From Lama glama (taxonomy: Eukaryota): 64,000 nt of DNA. Of this stretch, positions 47,661-60,319 are shown one piece after another (position 1 is the stretch's first letter; each line of letters begins with the position of its first letter). The stretch lies in assembly GCA_028534125.1 (NCBI GenBank), contig CM052818.1, forward strand, positions 22,384,001 through 22,448,000, given 5' to 3'. The notes below the pieces were generated by a model. That model was given only the letters and a program-made list of their open reading frames with translations, ran no database searches and was not told the DNA's origin. The translations under genes were made by a program, and so were the position numbers.

Positions 47661-50600
47661 ATTTACCCAAAAAGAAAGAAAATAATGCAGCTCTCTTTTG
47701 AATAATCCGGAATTGTGTTCAAAATATAGTAAATATAAAAAACAGTTTGCAAAATTCTTTGGATCGTTAGCACTTCCCTCATAAACTCTTCCTTGGTGAA
47801 AGTGTAGCAAACCTCATTTTAAGCTAACATAAAATGTGGGGGTTATACTGAATAATAGTTTTTGAAAAGGATTCAAAGTGCATAGGAAGCATTGTATAGA
47901 TGTAAAAAATAACTCAGTTGTACATTGATGAAGAAACCAAATGTTATAGATCTCAGCACCACATTTTGAAGGGCTGAAAACATATCCCGTGTCCAGCAGA
48001 CCATGAAAAAGCAGGAATATCTGTAAATGTGGTTGGGTCCTGAGAGAGAAGACACGGCCCATCAAGTACTTCAATGAGGCTGAGACGCTTGTAGGGCCAA
48101 GGATGATGCCAGGAGGGCCTCTGGAACCCAGCCCAGAGCTTGAACCACAGTTCAGGACCCCAGGGAGACTGGTCCAGGACGGGGGTCTAGAGTGGTCCTA
48201 CCATCTCTGACTTGTCCACAGGGGGACTGGTCCAGGAGAGGGAGCCCAGAGGAAATCTCAGCTTTGGATGGGACAGACAAGTCCCTGGAAGTCCAAGAGA
48301 GCAGTACACTAGTAGGTGTAAGGAACCACCGATGAGGATGGCCAGCCTTACTATGCCAGGTGCACACCACCTAAGCCCCTTCCACATGTTATCTCACTGA
48401 ATCATCGTCATGGGCCTCAGAGTCTGGTTCTCAGACAGGGGCATGCCTGCTGGAGGCACCGATGGGACTGCTCACCCAGGCCAGGCTTGTGAGGGTGGGG
48501 GAAGGGAACGCTGTCCTAGGAAGTGGCTTCTTAGCCCAGTGGAGGGAGGGCCTGGCCTCCCTTCCATCCCCACCTGTCTTTTCCTTTCTCTAGGAAGACT
48601 TCAAGGGGTCACCTATGGCGTGCGCCACGATTCCCAGACTAGACAGAGGGTCCCGCTTTCTAAGCTTCCATTCCTCACTGTCCCCTTATCTCACCTTGCC
48701 CCAATCCCCTTTTACAAAATTTCCAGGCTGAAAACACATTGGAATGGCCCTTTGTACAGAGACAAGGAAGTGGAAAAATCAAAGGACTGCTCCACAGTCG
48801 CCTGGCTGGTCCTGGCTGAACCTGGAGACCCAGACCTCCTGGGTCCCAATGCAATGTTTCCCCACCATGTGCTTCATGGGGCTGCTTGTGAAGCTAACTA
48901 GGCTGAGCTCTGGGCTTTGGGCTCTGTGGTCCAGAGAAACTAAAGACAGTTCTTAAAGTCTCGGGTTTGAGCTAGGCTGGAAGCAATAGAAACCTAGGCT
49001 TTTCCCACTGGTAAAGGCAGAGTTTTTCCTGTTCTGCCTTTGGCGGCTGTATTTTCTTCCTTCATTGTCCGAAACCATCCCAGCCTCTCCCAGTGTTGGC
49101 TTTGCCCAAGCTCCCGGTGGAAGTGGCCATGTCATTGTGTGGTTTGTAATTGGGTGGGGGCATCTGTGTGGGTGTGTGATGATCCAGTGTGATAGCACAT
49201 CTGTCTGTGTCAGCATCTGTCTGTCTGAGTGTGATGGGACTCAAATGCTGGGGCCCACACTCCCTCCGCCTCTCCCGCTCTCCCCCATCGCTCTCCAAGC
49301 AGCTGTATCCCGCCACCAGGGAAAAAATGTCCCTGGCAGCCGCAATGCCCGCCCCAGGCTGGACCGGCAGCACAGGTGGGGACACTGTGTCCAGCTGGCT
49401 CTGTGACAGGCCCTCCCGGGAGGAGCTGCCTCTTCAATGTCCCCCATTAGTGCCGCCTGCTGCAGCTGTTGCCCTCAGGGACGGGACTGCTCAAAGAGGA
49501 AGTGTCTGGAGGCCAGGCAACCGGTCCACGGGAGCCCTCCTGTGTCCAGCCTAGGGCGCAGTCCAGGGGAGTAGGACTGACTAGGAACCCTTGGAGGGCA
49601 GGACCCTGTCACCTACGCATTCCAGGGTGGCCCATCAGTCGATATGTCCTCAGCACTTACAACATGCCAGGAGCCGGGGCCAGGCCAGGGGGCTTTCAGG
49701 GCGGGCGAGCAGAAGTTCCCACAGCAGGTCTGAGCTGTCTGGGAGCCGCTGTGGGAGGGAGGAGTTTGCTTCTTGGAGAGGAGAACTCTTGTTATTAGAA
49801 GCCCAAAGCCCACTGCACTGAGGAGGTAGAACCCAGACACCGTTCATTCACCCTCATGACAACAGCAAGTGACCTGATCAGGGTTGTGGGAAAAGCCCAG
49901 AAACACAGTTTTGGTGATTTTGAGTGAGGCACATGTGTGCTTTGGGGAAGGCAGGGTGACATCTGTGATGGATGTAAAAGGATGGGCGGGAAGCAGGGGG
50001 AGGTGGAAGGGCAGAGGCACAGCAGTGGCCAAGGTGTGGCCGTCAGAAGGGGCATTTCCAGCTTAGCTGCAGTGGGGTGGGTATCAAACATGGTGGGGCA
50101 GGGAAGGCTTCGGGAGGAGGGAAGAGCACTGTAGAGGGTTGACATCCATGAACCCCAGAAGGCCTTCCATTCCCCTGCCTTGATCCTGAAGGCCAGAGGC
50201 CCGGAGGTGGAGGGCCAGGGATGCTGCATCCAAGACAGCAAGGAAACAGGGCTCAGTGTGTCTCTGGAGGCCTAGCCTGGCCCCTCCTCCCTCAGCGCCT
50301 GCACCGGCCACACCTGTGGAGCCCCGAGCTGAGCACCTTGAATGGTGCTGTGTGACCTCACACAGGTCACTCCCTGTCTTTGAGCCTGTTTCCTCACCCA
50401 TAAACTGAGGGGGTTGGGCTCTGTGGGATCTCAAACAGTTCCCAGTTCACCTGTCAGCCCTGACTAGCTGGTAAGGTTAGGTAGAGGATTGTGACACCAA
50501 GTCCAGCCTGGGAGGGGCAGATGCTGTGATCCAGTAGTGATATCTGCCTCCTGAGGTGGGTGTGGCACACACACCTTCTACCTTCAGTTTTCCTAACACT

Positions 50601-51067
50601 CTACTTTTAACAATGGGCAGAAGGGTGAGGGCAAGGACCAACCTTCCATGAAGAGAGGTTCTCCCAGTCCTTGTGACGAGTCTTCTGTGTGTTCCTCCAG
50701 GGCCAAATGTCTAGAAGGAAGGCAGGTATCTTCAAGCATCCACCACTTGGCCTTGTATACACAAAGGCACAGCCACAGGTTCATGAGGAAGAAGAGGGAG
50801 GGTAAACACTCGCACATCTGAGTTCTTGGTCCATTTGTCTTTCTGGCATTTTGAAAAATGTATGCCCAGCTGCATTTATTTATAGCTAATAAGAAGGAAA
50901 GTTTTGTTGTTATTGCTTTGTTCGTTTTTGGTTTTTTTTCCTGAAACAAAAAAATCCATAAAAATTGTCAAGAAAAGAAAAAGACAGGCCAAAGGGAGTT
51001 GATGAGTTACATGACTGGGTTTAAATGGAAACGAAAATCTTGAGAACTTTAATCGGAAAATAGAGTA

Positions 51068-51400
51068 TGTCTGTGATATGTGTGTGTATTTGTGTGAATG
51101 TACGTCGATGTGTGTGTTTGTGAATGTGGTGTACGTGTATAACACATGTTGGTGCACAAGGCGGGTTTGTGTAGTGTAAGTGTGGCATGAACGTGTGTGA
51201 AATGCGGTAATCGTGTCTCGAGGGCACAGAAGTAGTTTGTGTTCTAGGTCAGTGGTGTGTGGAGTATGTGCAGCATGCCTGTTGTATATAGTGGACATCA
51301 CAATAGCCAGGTGTGGTGCGTACGTGTGCAGGATGTGTGTGCATCACGTACGGGTGCAGGATCCTTGACATGTGCATTCTGGGTAGGCACGTGATGTCTT
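51068..51400. repeat. degenerate TG-rich low-complexity tract
   Basis: Interrupted (TG)n/(TGTA)/(TACG) runs. Confidence 0.7.
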
Positions 51401-52919
51401 TGCTCTGGGATGCACTGGCCTTGAGCAGGCCCTGGTGATGATGTCAAGTGTCATCAGAGCTTGAGAAGGAAAAGCCCCGAGTCTTTTTAAGGGCTTGCTC
51501 TTCCAAGAAGCAATCAGGAATTTCTGGGGTCTGCTTTCCACACCCTGTTAAGTCCAGACAAGCAGAAAAAGACTGGGTCCAGTGGAAACCCAGCTGCCAG
51601 CTTGTGTAGGCGGATTAAGAAGCTTGCAGCTGGCCGTTTCCAAGAAAAATTGCTCACCAAACTTTTCAGACCTTTTCTCCACTTTGGCAAAGTGGAAAAG
51701 GTTCCCAATGGGCCTTTTACTTGGAAGTTGGGCAATTTCCATGGTGAATTTGGGGCATACCTTAAAAAAAAAAAGTAACTCCGTGGTAGGGAGGAAGATT
51801 GCCAGACAGAGCTTCCAGCACAAAGGTTCACAGTAAGAGCTGTTCCCTCAGCACATGGGAGGCCACAAAATGTGGCAAATCAATCTCTCTTAGCTGCCTT
51901 CAGGCAAGATGTCCAGACGATTTCAGTCTCCTAGGACAGGGGGCGGAAGGGGGCGTGAAGGCCATCCTGCTGTGTGCCCTTGCAGAACGCAGGGCACCTT
52001 TTTGAGCTTCTGATTAGTCAAGAGGGTTGTCAGTCAGAACCCTTCCTGCTGCGCAGGACTGTGGTGTGAGCCCAGAAGCCACGGTCCTGAATATTTTTTG
52101 CCGTGTTGAAGGGACAGTCCCGAGGGGCAGGGTTGTTCCTGGCACAGGGCCTGCTACCTAGTAGGTGTCCAGTAAATAGCCGCTGAATGAATGAATGGCC
52201 CAGGAGGGACCATCCAAGAGCAACAGCCTGGTTTCCACCCACCACCAAGCAGAGCTTCCAGGGCAAGGCTGGGGCGGACGTGTCTGCCTGTCCAGCTGTC
52301 GGGTCTCCCCCTCCCCTTTTCCGGTCCTTCTCTCCATAAGCTCGGCTGGTTCCCACGCCCTCGCTCAGGGACTTCTGTTGTCATTGTTCCGCTGTTATCA
52401 GGACCCAGGCCTCTGCCAGCCTAGATCCTTCAATTGGACCAGGAAAAGGAAACAGAGAAAGGAGAGGAGGAGCTTCAAAGACTGATGAAAAAAAGAGTCA
52501 AATTTCAAATGCAGCTGCTTTGTACAGCCTCAGGTGAGGAAACCAAGGGTTTGGAGAGGGACGGGGACATTCTACCTTAGGTGGAAAGGGAGAAGAACAA
52601 CAATGACCATCGTGATTATGGTAACAGTACTATCTACCTTGTAAGTGGGATATATGGTGGGATAATATTTTTTTATATATTAACTAGTCTTTCCCCCCAA
52701 TATTTTCTTGTACTCCTTAGCTCCACCCACTTCCTGGAGCTAACTGGCTCTGAGGCACATAAAGAGGATGTGAGTGTTCCATGGCCCGCGGACTAGTGAA
52801 GGTGACCTCAGGAGGCCGCTGGGGGCTGGACGCGGCAGACCCAGGATGCTAGGTGGGAAGCCTGACCTCGCCCACTCCAGCAGTGGCTCAGAGAATAGGC
52901 TAGAATTCTTGGATTTTGA

Positions 52920-53385
52920 GTTTCAAAAGCCAGAATGTAGAACTTCTGAAAGAAAAAGAATGGAGGTGCATGGGCATAGCTCAGTGGTAGAGTGCATGCT
53001 TAGCATGCTTGAGGTCCTGGGTTCAATCCCCAGTACCTCCATTAAAGTAAATAAATAAATAAGTCTACTTACCTCCCTCCCCAAAGACAAAAATAAAATA
53101 AAGAAAAGAAAAAGAATAATCATTGAAATTTCAAACTCAGTGGGGAAACAGAGCTGAAAAAGGGTATCTGAGAATTCCCCCCAAATGCAGCACAAGTTGG
53201 TAAATAAGTGGTAAATGAGGAAGAGTGAGAGGTGAGGAGAACAGAATGAGCTGGTCCAACCTATGCCATGCAGAATTCCAGGAAGAGAGGTCGGAAAGAA
53301 TGAGAGTCACTACTCAGAGAGACAATGGCTAAGAAATCTCTAGAACTGAAGACAGATGTGAGCTTTCACATAGCAGAATCATGCT
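52920..53385 (+). mobile_element. old L1/HAL1 ORF1-region relic split by a SINE
   Basis: AGAACTTCTGAAA..ATAATCATTGAAATTTCAAACTCAGTGG...GGAGAACAGAATGAG..GGTCCAAC...AATGGCTAAGAAATCTCTAGAACTGA. Confidence 0.5.
52962..53104 (+). mobile_element. tRNA-Ala(AGC)-derived camelid-type SINE (vic-1-like) with 13-bp TSD
   Basis: GGGCATAGCTCAGTGGTAGAGTGCATGCTTAGCATGCTTGAGGTCCTGGGTTCAATCCCCAGTACCTCCA then (TAAA)n, CTACTTACCTCCC and an A-tail; TSD AAAGAAAAAGAAT at 52949-52961 and 53105-53117. Confidence 0.9.
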
Positions 53386-54111
53386 AGGTTCTGGGCCATC
53401 TGGGCAATTCCAGATCTTGAAAAGAAGGCTTTTGGGTCCCCTTGCTCCTAAAATCCCTTTCTTCTGAGCCCCTCAGCCCTAACCACAGTACCTTGGTTTC
53501 TACAGTGGATCTTAGACTTTCATTTGCCATTCTTTGGTGAGCAAATTTTACCTCCTCCTTGAAACTTGGAGCCTCCAGAGGGTAGGAGCCCTTCTCCTGA
53601 CCCTGGTACCGGAGAAGGATGGCAAGATACCCAGTCAGGTATCTGGTTAGAGTCCTGGGCAGGTAGCTCAACTCCTCCTGTCCCACTTTCTTCATCTGTA
53701 AAATGGAGTTAGAAATACTTGTTCAGGGCACTCTGAGATTTACACACTAGTTGATTTCCTCAGACACTGAGTCCCTGTCCTGTTTAACCCAATGCCTTTT
53801 AAATTACACTATTTATAATTCTAAATCCCCCGCCCCCAACCAGTTCTGCCTATTTCTTTCTTTTTCTTCAGATTTTCATGAAAAACTATAAAACAATAGC
53901 TTTCAGACTTGGTTTTAACAGCAGAGCCCTTTTGTCAAATAAAAATGTATTGTTGGAAAGCCAATTCAGGCAGAATACAGGACCTGCGGGTTGAATTGGG
54001 TTGGGATGGAGACCCAGAGCCCAGTTGGCTCATTTCCCCTTTTTGCCTTAGATCACCCCTGGGTCACCGTGGCTGGAACAAAGTTAGAAAATCACGCATC
54101 AAAAGCTTCAA

Positions 54112-54375
54112 TGCAGCTTTCCCCAGAATGTGTTTCTGGGAACTCTGCTTCATGGTGTTGCATGCAAAAAGTGTTCCATGGTCAAATAAGCTGGAGAAAC
54201 ACTGGTTTAAACAAAGTTAATTGGGTCTCTTCAGATTTCTTTGAGACTTTAATATTTGCATTGTGCCCTGGGAGTCTTTAAGTGGGTAACTGATGTGCTG
54301 AGTTCTGCAAACCTGCCTGTTTTATCAAGGACTACTCCTGTAGGCTGGTGCTGTGCAGAACACACTAGGGGGAAT
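54112..54375. mobile_element. MER103C-like hAT-Charlie MITE
   Basis: GTTCCATGGTCAAATAAGCTGGAGAAACACTGGTTTAAACAAAGTTAA...TTTAATATTTGCATTGTG; a related fragment lies at ~43550-43670. Confidence 0.6.
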
Positions 54376-57300
54376 TCTGGGAGAGTAACAACAGCAATAA
54401 TACTAATTCCTCCTGTGTCTCCTCATCAAGATCTAGTATAGAGCTAGACACTGAAAAGGGGAGGGGGCAAATAACTACTCTGGATCGAATATAAGCTTTG
54501 ATGTCCCCTAGTCGCAGAATTTTAAAAGCCCAGTGATAACCAGGCCTTCTTTCTTCCTGCCTCTGTCGTGCAGCCACAAACACAGCCTGGCTGGCATGGA
54601 AGTGGCGAGCTGCGGTTCTACTGATCAGTTTTTCTGATACCTCTGGCTGGGGCCCAGTGTCTGTCCCAGGGCTGAGCCGACCCTTTGGCCCAGGCAAGAG
54701 GCCCCAGTGCTTCAGCCTGGCCCATGAGAGCTCTGGGAACTCTGGTTCCCACTTGCCCACCCCTTTCCCGGCAGCCCAAGAGGCTACCCAGGCTTCTCTT
54801 TCCTTTTCTTACTGGAGGGAAGAATTTCTGGAAATGCAACTGAGCCAGTAACAATGAAGCAGGATGCCCCCCTCCTGCCCTGATCAGGCCAGCCCTGCCA
54901 GTAGACCCAGTGCCTCTCAGGGGTTGGGGCCCACAGAGGTTAACCTCTCCAGCCTGTCCGGACCTTGTACCTCCGTAGAGGCAGGCTCAGCCAGCCCAAC
55001 CCAGCCCCTCCCTGGCTGCCCTTTCCCCCGCAACCCCCTCCGCTCCCTGGCTGTCCTTCACCCCCTCAAGCTTCAGGAACAGGACAGGCCCCTGAGGCAA
55101 GGGCCCTGGAGCCTCTCTCAAGGCCAGATCCCATGGTGGGTCTGTGTGGTCTCCTCCTGCCCACAGTTTTTCCCTCTTTCTTTCTGATCTTGAACAGACA
55201 GTGAGGGGAGGAGCTGCCCCAAGCCCAGGTGTTTTGATGCGACAGTGAACAAAGCTGGGGGTCCAGAGTGGGGCGGGTTGGCCCAACAGGCAATGCAAGA
55301 ATGGCAATATAATGTTTTAGGGCTTTGACAGATGTGCCTGTGGAAGTACTTAGTTTAGCCTGGATGAGGAACACCTTCCCGGGTAGGGGATGGGGTGGGG
55401 CACACTTTATTAAGAAGTTTCCCCAGCTTTAGTGCTGAGGATACAGGATGAACTGAGACCCAGTCCTTGCTTTCAAGGAATTTCCTCTTTGTGTCACTCT
55501 GCCTCTCCTTGTCTTTCCCTCTTTTTTTTTTTTTTTTTTTGATTCCTCTGGCTGGCTCCGTCCCACCTTTTTCTGTCTCGGATCCCACATCTTCCTGACT
55601 CCCCGCCATGCCCTGCAGGCTTGCTATTCCCAGGAAAAGTGACTAAATGTTAGAAACTCAGCAGACCCCCTTCCCACAGTTCCTTGGCTTTGTGTCCCAT
55701 CCCTGGGGTCTGGGGGCCTCAGGACAGCTTCCCATCAAAGTACCCTGGTGTGTCTGCCAGCTTACTTTGTTTCTCTCAGTGACTCTGTTACTATGGTTAC
55801 ATCCACATCACCCAGCCATCCTTCCTGGGGGGAAGTTGGGCAGGAATTTTTGTACTTTAAAGAGTTGTTATTGTCTGAGGGGAAGCAGCCAAAAAAAAAA
55901 AAAAAAAGAGGTGTTTTATCTGCAGACTGGACTTGGCTTTCCGTCACAGACTAATAGAGTTTCCAAGGAAGGGATTCAAGGGGAACTCGAGTCCAGAGGA
56001 AGGAGCAAGGGCCTGGGATGTCTGTCTCTCCCTTAGACTGGGTGCTCCCTGATGCCATGGCCATGACCTTCAGTCTGGGTTCCTTGAGGGCAGGAGTCCT
56101 GCCTCTGCCATCTGACTGGAGTGTGATGATGCAGAGGCCCTGCCCGACCCCCCAGCCCTGAGCAGGCCTGGGGAGCCCAAGGAGGTCCCTGGATGTGGCA
56201 GAGACCAGTGTTCCCTGGGGCTTGCTGGTCAAGAGTCAACCTCTTCCCAGACTCATCTCCTCAACCATCGCTGGGCTACCACCATCCCCATTCCTATGCT
56301 CCTGAGCCCCAGAGATCCACCACAAAGTCCTCAGCCTGGCCCTGGCCCTGGCTCTGGCCCTGGCTTCATCTGCCCAGGTTGCCCTGCCAGGCTACCCTTT
56401 CAGCCTGATTGTTCTCCAGCTGCCTCCCGAACCCACATAGCTCCTGGGCTGTCTCCCACCTCTGTGCCTTTGCTCAGGCCATTCATTCCCTGGGCCTGGA
56501 GCATCCTTCCCAGCTCTCCACTTATCAACTTCACCGTCCTTCCTGACCCAGGACTAGTCCCAACTCCTAGCAGCCTGCCTTGATTGCCCCACCCCACTCT
56601 GGCTTCTCCTCCCTCCTCTGCGGTCCTGCCACGGCCAGGTGCCTGTCACTTGATGAAGACCGACATCTCCACTGCTCAGCTCAGCCCCACAAAGACACAT
56701 GGGCTGGGGGAGGAGGGCTGGGAGGCAGGATGATGGATGAGGCCGCAGTGGCTCCCTTCCCTGCTGCGGCTGTGGTTAGGAGATCTCCCTCGAAGAAGCC
56801 TGATATTTTCCAGGAATTTCCTGAGGGGAGGGGACCAAGCATTCTGGAATGAGAGCCAGCTGTGGGGTTGAGGCCTGGGGATGGGGAGGAGGGGGTCTGG
56901 GCTTCCTGGCTGAGTCAGCAGCCATCCCCAGGTAATTTATGGGCTGAGTCAGGGCTGAGGGGAAGCAGGGGTGGGGGTGGGGATGGGAAGGGTGGAGGGG
57001 TGCCTTCTAGGAAGCCTGTCAAGGAGAGGGCAGCCTGACTGGCTGGAAGTGAGACTGGCCAAGCCCGGCACAGACCCCTCTCCCTCCAGCTCTGCCTGGA
57101 GCCTGCAAAGGCAGCAGCCAAGAGAGGGAGGGAGCTGTAGGGATGGACGCAAAGCAGCAGAAGAGGGAGGCCCCTGGCAGGACTTGGGGGCTCATGAAGA
57201 CAGAGGGGGCTCAGCTGACAGGGAGTGGATGTGAGCAGCCTTCAGGGAGAAGCTGGAGGTGAGGAGAGCTGCACCCCAGCCTGAGAGCCGCCAGTTCTTC

Positions 57301-57541
57301 CCTGTTTCCCTGCCCGACCCCTTTCTCAGCAGGCCTGGCCTGCGCTGGAAAGTGGCTCTGGCTTCTGATCCCCCTTCTGCCGTGGACCTGCTGGGCCACA
57401 TGGGCTTGGGGCCTTCTCCTCTCTGAGCCTCAAGTCCTCACTTGGACAAGGTGGCCTGGCTCCTCTGAGCCCTGATGTGGGGCTACTCAGCTAGAGCCAG
57501 TGAGTCCAGTTAGTGGTGCTGGCTTGGAAAACCAGATTAAG

Positions 57542-57670
57542 CAAAAAGAAAATACATATGTACATGTATGACTGAACCATGCTGTACACCAGAAACTGAC
57601 GTAATATTGTAAACGGACTATACTTCAATTTTTTTTAAATGAATAAGAAAAAAATTTTTAATTAAAAAGG
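57542..57670 (+). mobile_element. camelid/cetartiodactyl L1 3' end
   Basis: ATGTACATGTATGACTGAACCATGCTGTACACCAGAAACTGAC...ATTGTAAACGGACTATACTTCAAT followed by an AT-rich tail. Confidence 0.75.
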
Positions 57671-58359
57671 AATAAAAGCAGCCCTGGGGGAGCTCCCCTC
57701 TGAGGCCCACTGCAGGACTCGGCCTTGATGCGAAGTGGGGCTGGGGTCAGAGGACTGGCGGGGAGAGGCTGAGCCTGGTTACTGTCACCTCCAGGCTGGA
57801 GGAGCTGCGGGGGCTGCGGGGCAAGATGTGTCATCACACACAGGCACACAGCCACACTACAGAGTCCCAGGAAAAACCTGTTTCTACCCACATCACCCAG
57901 CACGGAGCTTGGGGTCTCACAGAAAGACGAGTCCTGATTTAAGCTCCTAGAAGGAGCTCTCTCTTCTGGACCCCAGAAGGAAGGGGCCCAGCTTTGCCAT
58001 GTCATTCATGCACAGCTGTTGCATCATCATATCTATTGCAGAAGCACCCCCAGATTGCTGAGTTTCTTGCTCTTGCTCACGGCTCAAAGTCTCCAAGCTG
58101 GAGAGGAGTCTCTGTGAGGATGGTAGATTTCGCAAACCCTGGCTTGGACAAGAGAGCTGAAGAAGAATCTGGGGGATGTGTGATACTTTGCACAGGTATA
58201 CAAAAGGTCTCTCATTTTGTGTATGACTACAAAACTGCTTTTCTTGGTAAGAAAGACCAGCCAAGATGAAATCTGGACAGGAGGGTCCTTAACGCACAGA
58301 AGGGTTAGCGCTATGGCCTCCATCACCACCTAGCTTTGTCCCCTGGCTGTTCCATGGAG

Positions 58360-58580
58360 CAGTGACACCAGGTAGAAGGCTGTTGAAATTATTTGGGCAA
58401 GAGATGTCAGACCAGAACTGGTGAGAGGTGGTTGGGTTCTGGAATAAGTTGGAATCCAGCTGACAGGCTCCTCTGATGGATTGGGCATGGAGTCTAAGAG
58501 AAAAGACTCAAGGAGAATGCCAAGCTTTTGGCTTGAGCAACTGAGGGCATGGAGTTGCCATTGGCTGAGCTAGAGGATGA
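58360..58580 (-). mobile_element. LINE2 fragment
   Basis: ACTCAAGGAGAATGCCAAGCTTTTGGCTTGAGCAACTGAGGGCATGGAGTTGCCATT. Confidence 0.65.
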
Positions 58581-60319
58581 GTTTTGTTGAACAAACATTT
58601 AATACGTTGTTTTTATTGTCAAGAATCTGAAACAAAGTAGGGCATCTGAGGGGTCCGCACGTCCTACAGGGACCTCTGGCTCATCACACGCCTTCCTCAG
58701 TCCTAGGGGTCCCACAAGGCCCTGGTGGAGAAAGAAGGGGGCCCAGCTTCCTGCCTTGGGGCAGGGGAGGGGCAGCAGCCTGAAGGGATTTGGCCAACCT
58801 GAGTCCTCTGGGCTGACAGGGAGGACCCGGGGCTTAGGCAGGGTGTGGCATTAGAACAGGAGGGGCTGTGTGTGGGCCTCTGTCTGCAGAGACCCACCTC
58901 TGGCCCACAGAGTCCCCGTCTCACACCCGGTGTGCTGTTTCCAGAGCCTTCTAGGGGAAGTGTCCGCAGCACCAGAGGACGGCTGCTTTGATTCTCCCGG
59001 CCACAGCCTCCTGCAGGCCCGGCTGACAGAGGCTTGCCTGTGTGTCCCGGGCAAGCGAGCGCCTGGGGACTCATGGCCAGAGAGGCTATGAGGGTGGCTT
59101 TGTGCAGCTGCTCAGGTCGCCCCTGGCCAAATCCCCCTGCCAGGAGAGGCCTGGTTGGCTGCCAAAGCTCCTGAACTTAGGTTACCTGAGGAAGCAGCCT
59201 TGCAGCCCGCTGGTTTCTCATTTCTCCCCTGACCTTGGGCCTGCTTGACTGAGGGACCAAATGCCCTGCCTCCCCACCTCAGTGGAGATGAAGGACACAG
59301 AGACAGCTTGGTGGGTAGAGCCAGGAGGACCACCCTTTGTGAAGGTGCAGCTTCCAGGGCACCTCACCAGACCTGTAGAGTCTGGGTCTCCAGTGGGAGG
59401 CCCTGGACCCTGCTCATTTACAGAGCCCCTCTGGTGATCTGATGGGGTTTGGGAGCCCCGTGCTCCTCACACAAAGTGGGGAGACACCAAATTTGAAGAA
59501 AGTCAAAGATGTGATACACCGGTCAGATGGTAGGTGGGGTTAGGATGGGTGTCCTGGCTATCTGAGCACAAGAGAACCCTGGATCTTTGAGGGCCCTCGG
59601 GGGGCACTGAGCCTGAAACAAGGATAGAGCCCCAGAGAGGGGATCACTGTATGCACTCAGACAAACTAAAGGCCTGAGCAGGGCTCCAGAAACCAGAGAG
59701 AAGCCTTGTGGAAGTGTCTGGGCCCCAGAGTGGGAGCGGGGGAGAACCCAGTTCCTTCTCTGAAGAGCGGAATCCTGGCAGCCAGCTCAACTATATGAGG
59801 GACCCTTGGCATTTCCTGCGCCCCAGGTTGGGAGGCAGGATTTGGGAGGCTGGAACTGGGGCTGGGGTGAGCCTGGGGGCCGAGTGGGGAGAACGTGGTC
59901 CCCCCTCGGGCCCTCATGGGGTGAGCCCTGGAGCTGCTTGCTCTGCACCTCTTGATCTGCTCCTCCTCCCTGTAAACTCTTAACCTCAGTCTGGAGAAAG
60001 GTGATCTCCAAGGGCTGGGGCTAGCCCGCCAAGAAGTACATTAAATACATAAATGTGCTCTGCCCAGATTTTATCTCCTCAGAATTCCAGAGCATAAGAC
60101 AAACGGTCTCATGTCCGGCTAGGAGGTGTAATTCATTCTCTCAGGTGAGCGCACAGCCTGGGGGCAAGGTTGGGAGAAGAGAGGAGGATGGTTTGGAGCA
60201 CGTGGAACATGCAGACTTGGGGGCCAGGTGGGTGGCGTGCAAGGCTCAGCGCCAAGACCTTCAGAAACACCTGGTCTTCCCCGGGGTCTGCTCAGGGATG
60301 GAAACAAAACCTAGCATGC

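Noticed and set aside
52972..53041. tRNA-Ala(AGC) gene
   Set aside because: It has a SINE body, A-rich tail and 13-bp TSD, an imperfect acceptor stem and no oligo-T terminator, and two related copies occur in the window; it is a SINE
56335..56364. (CCTGGC)5 hexamer run giving PGPG/WPWP peptides
   Set aside because: Short simple repeat with no coding context
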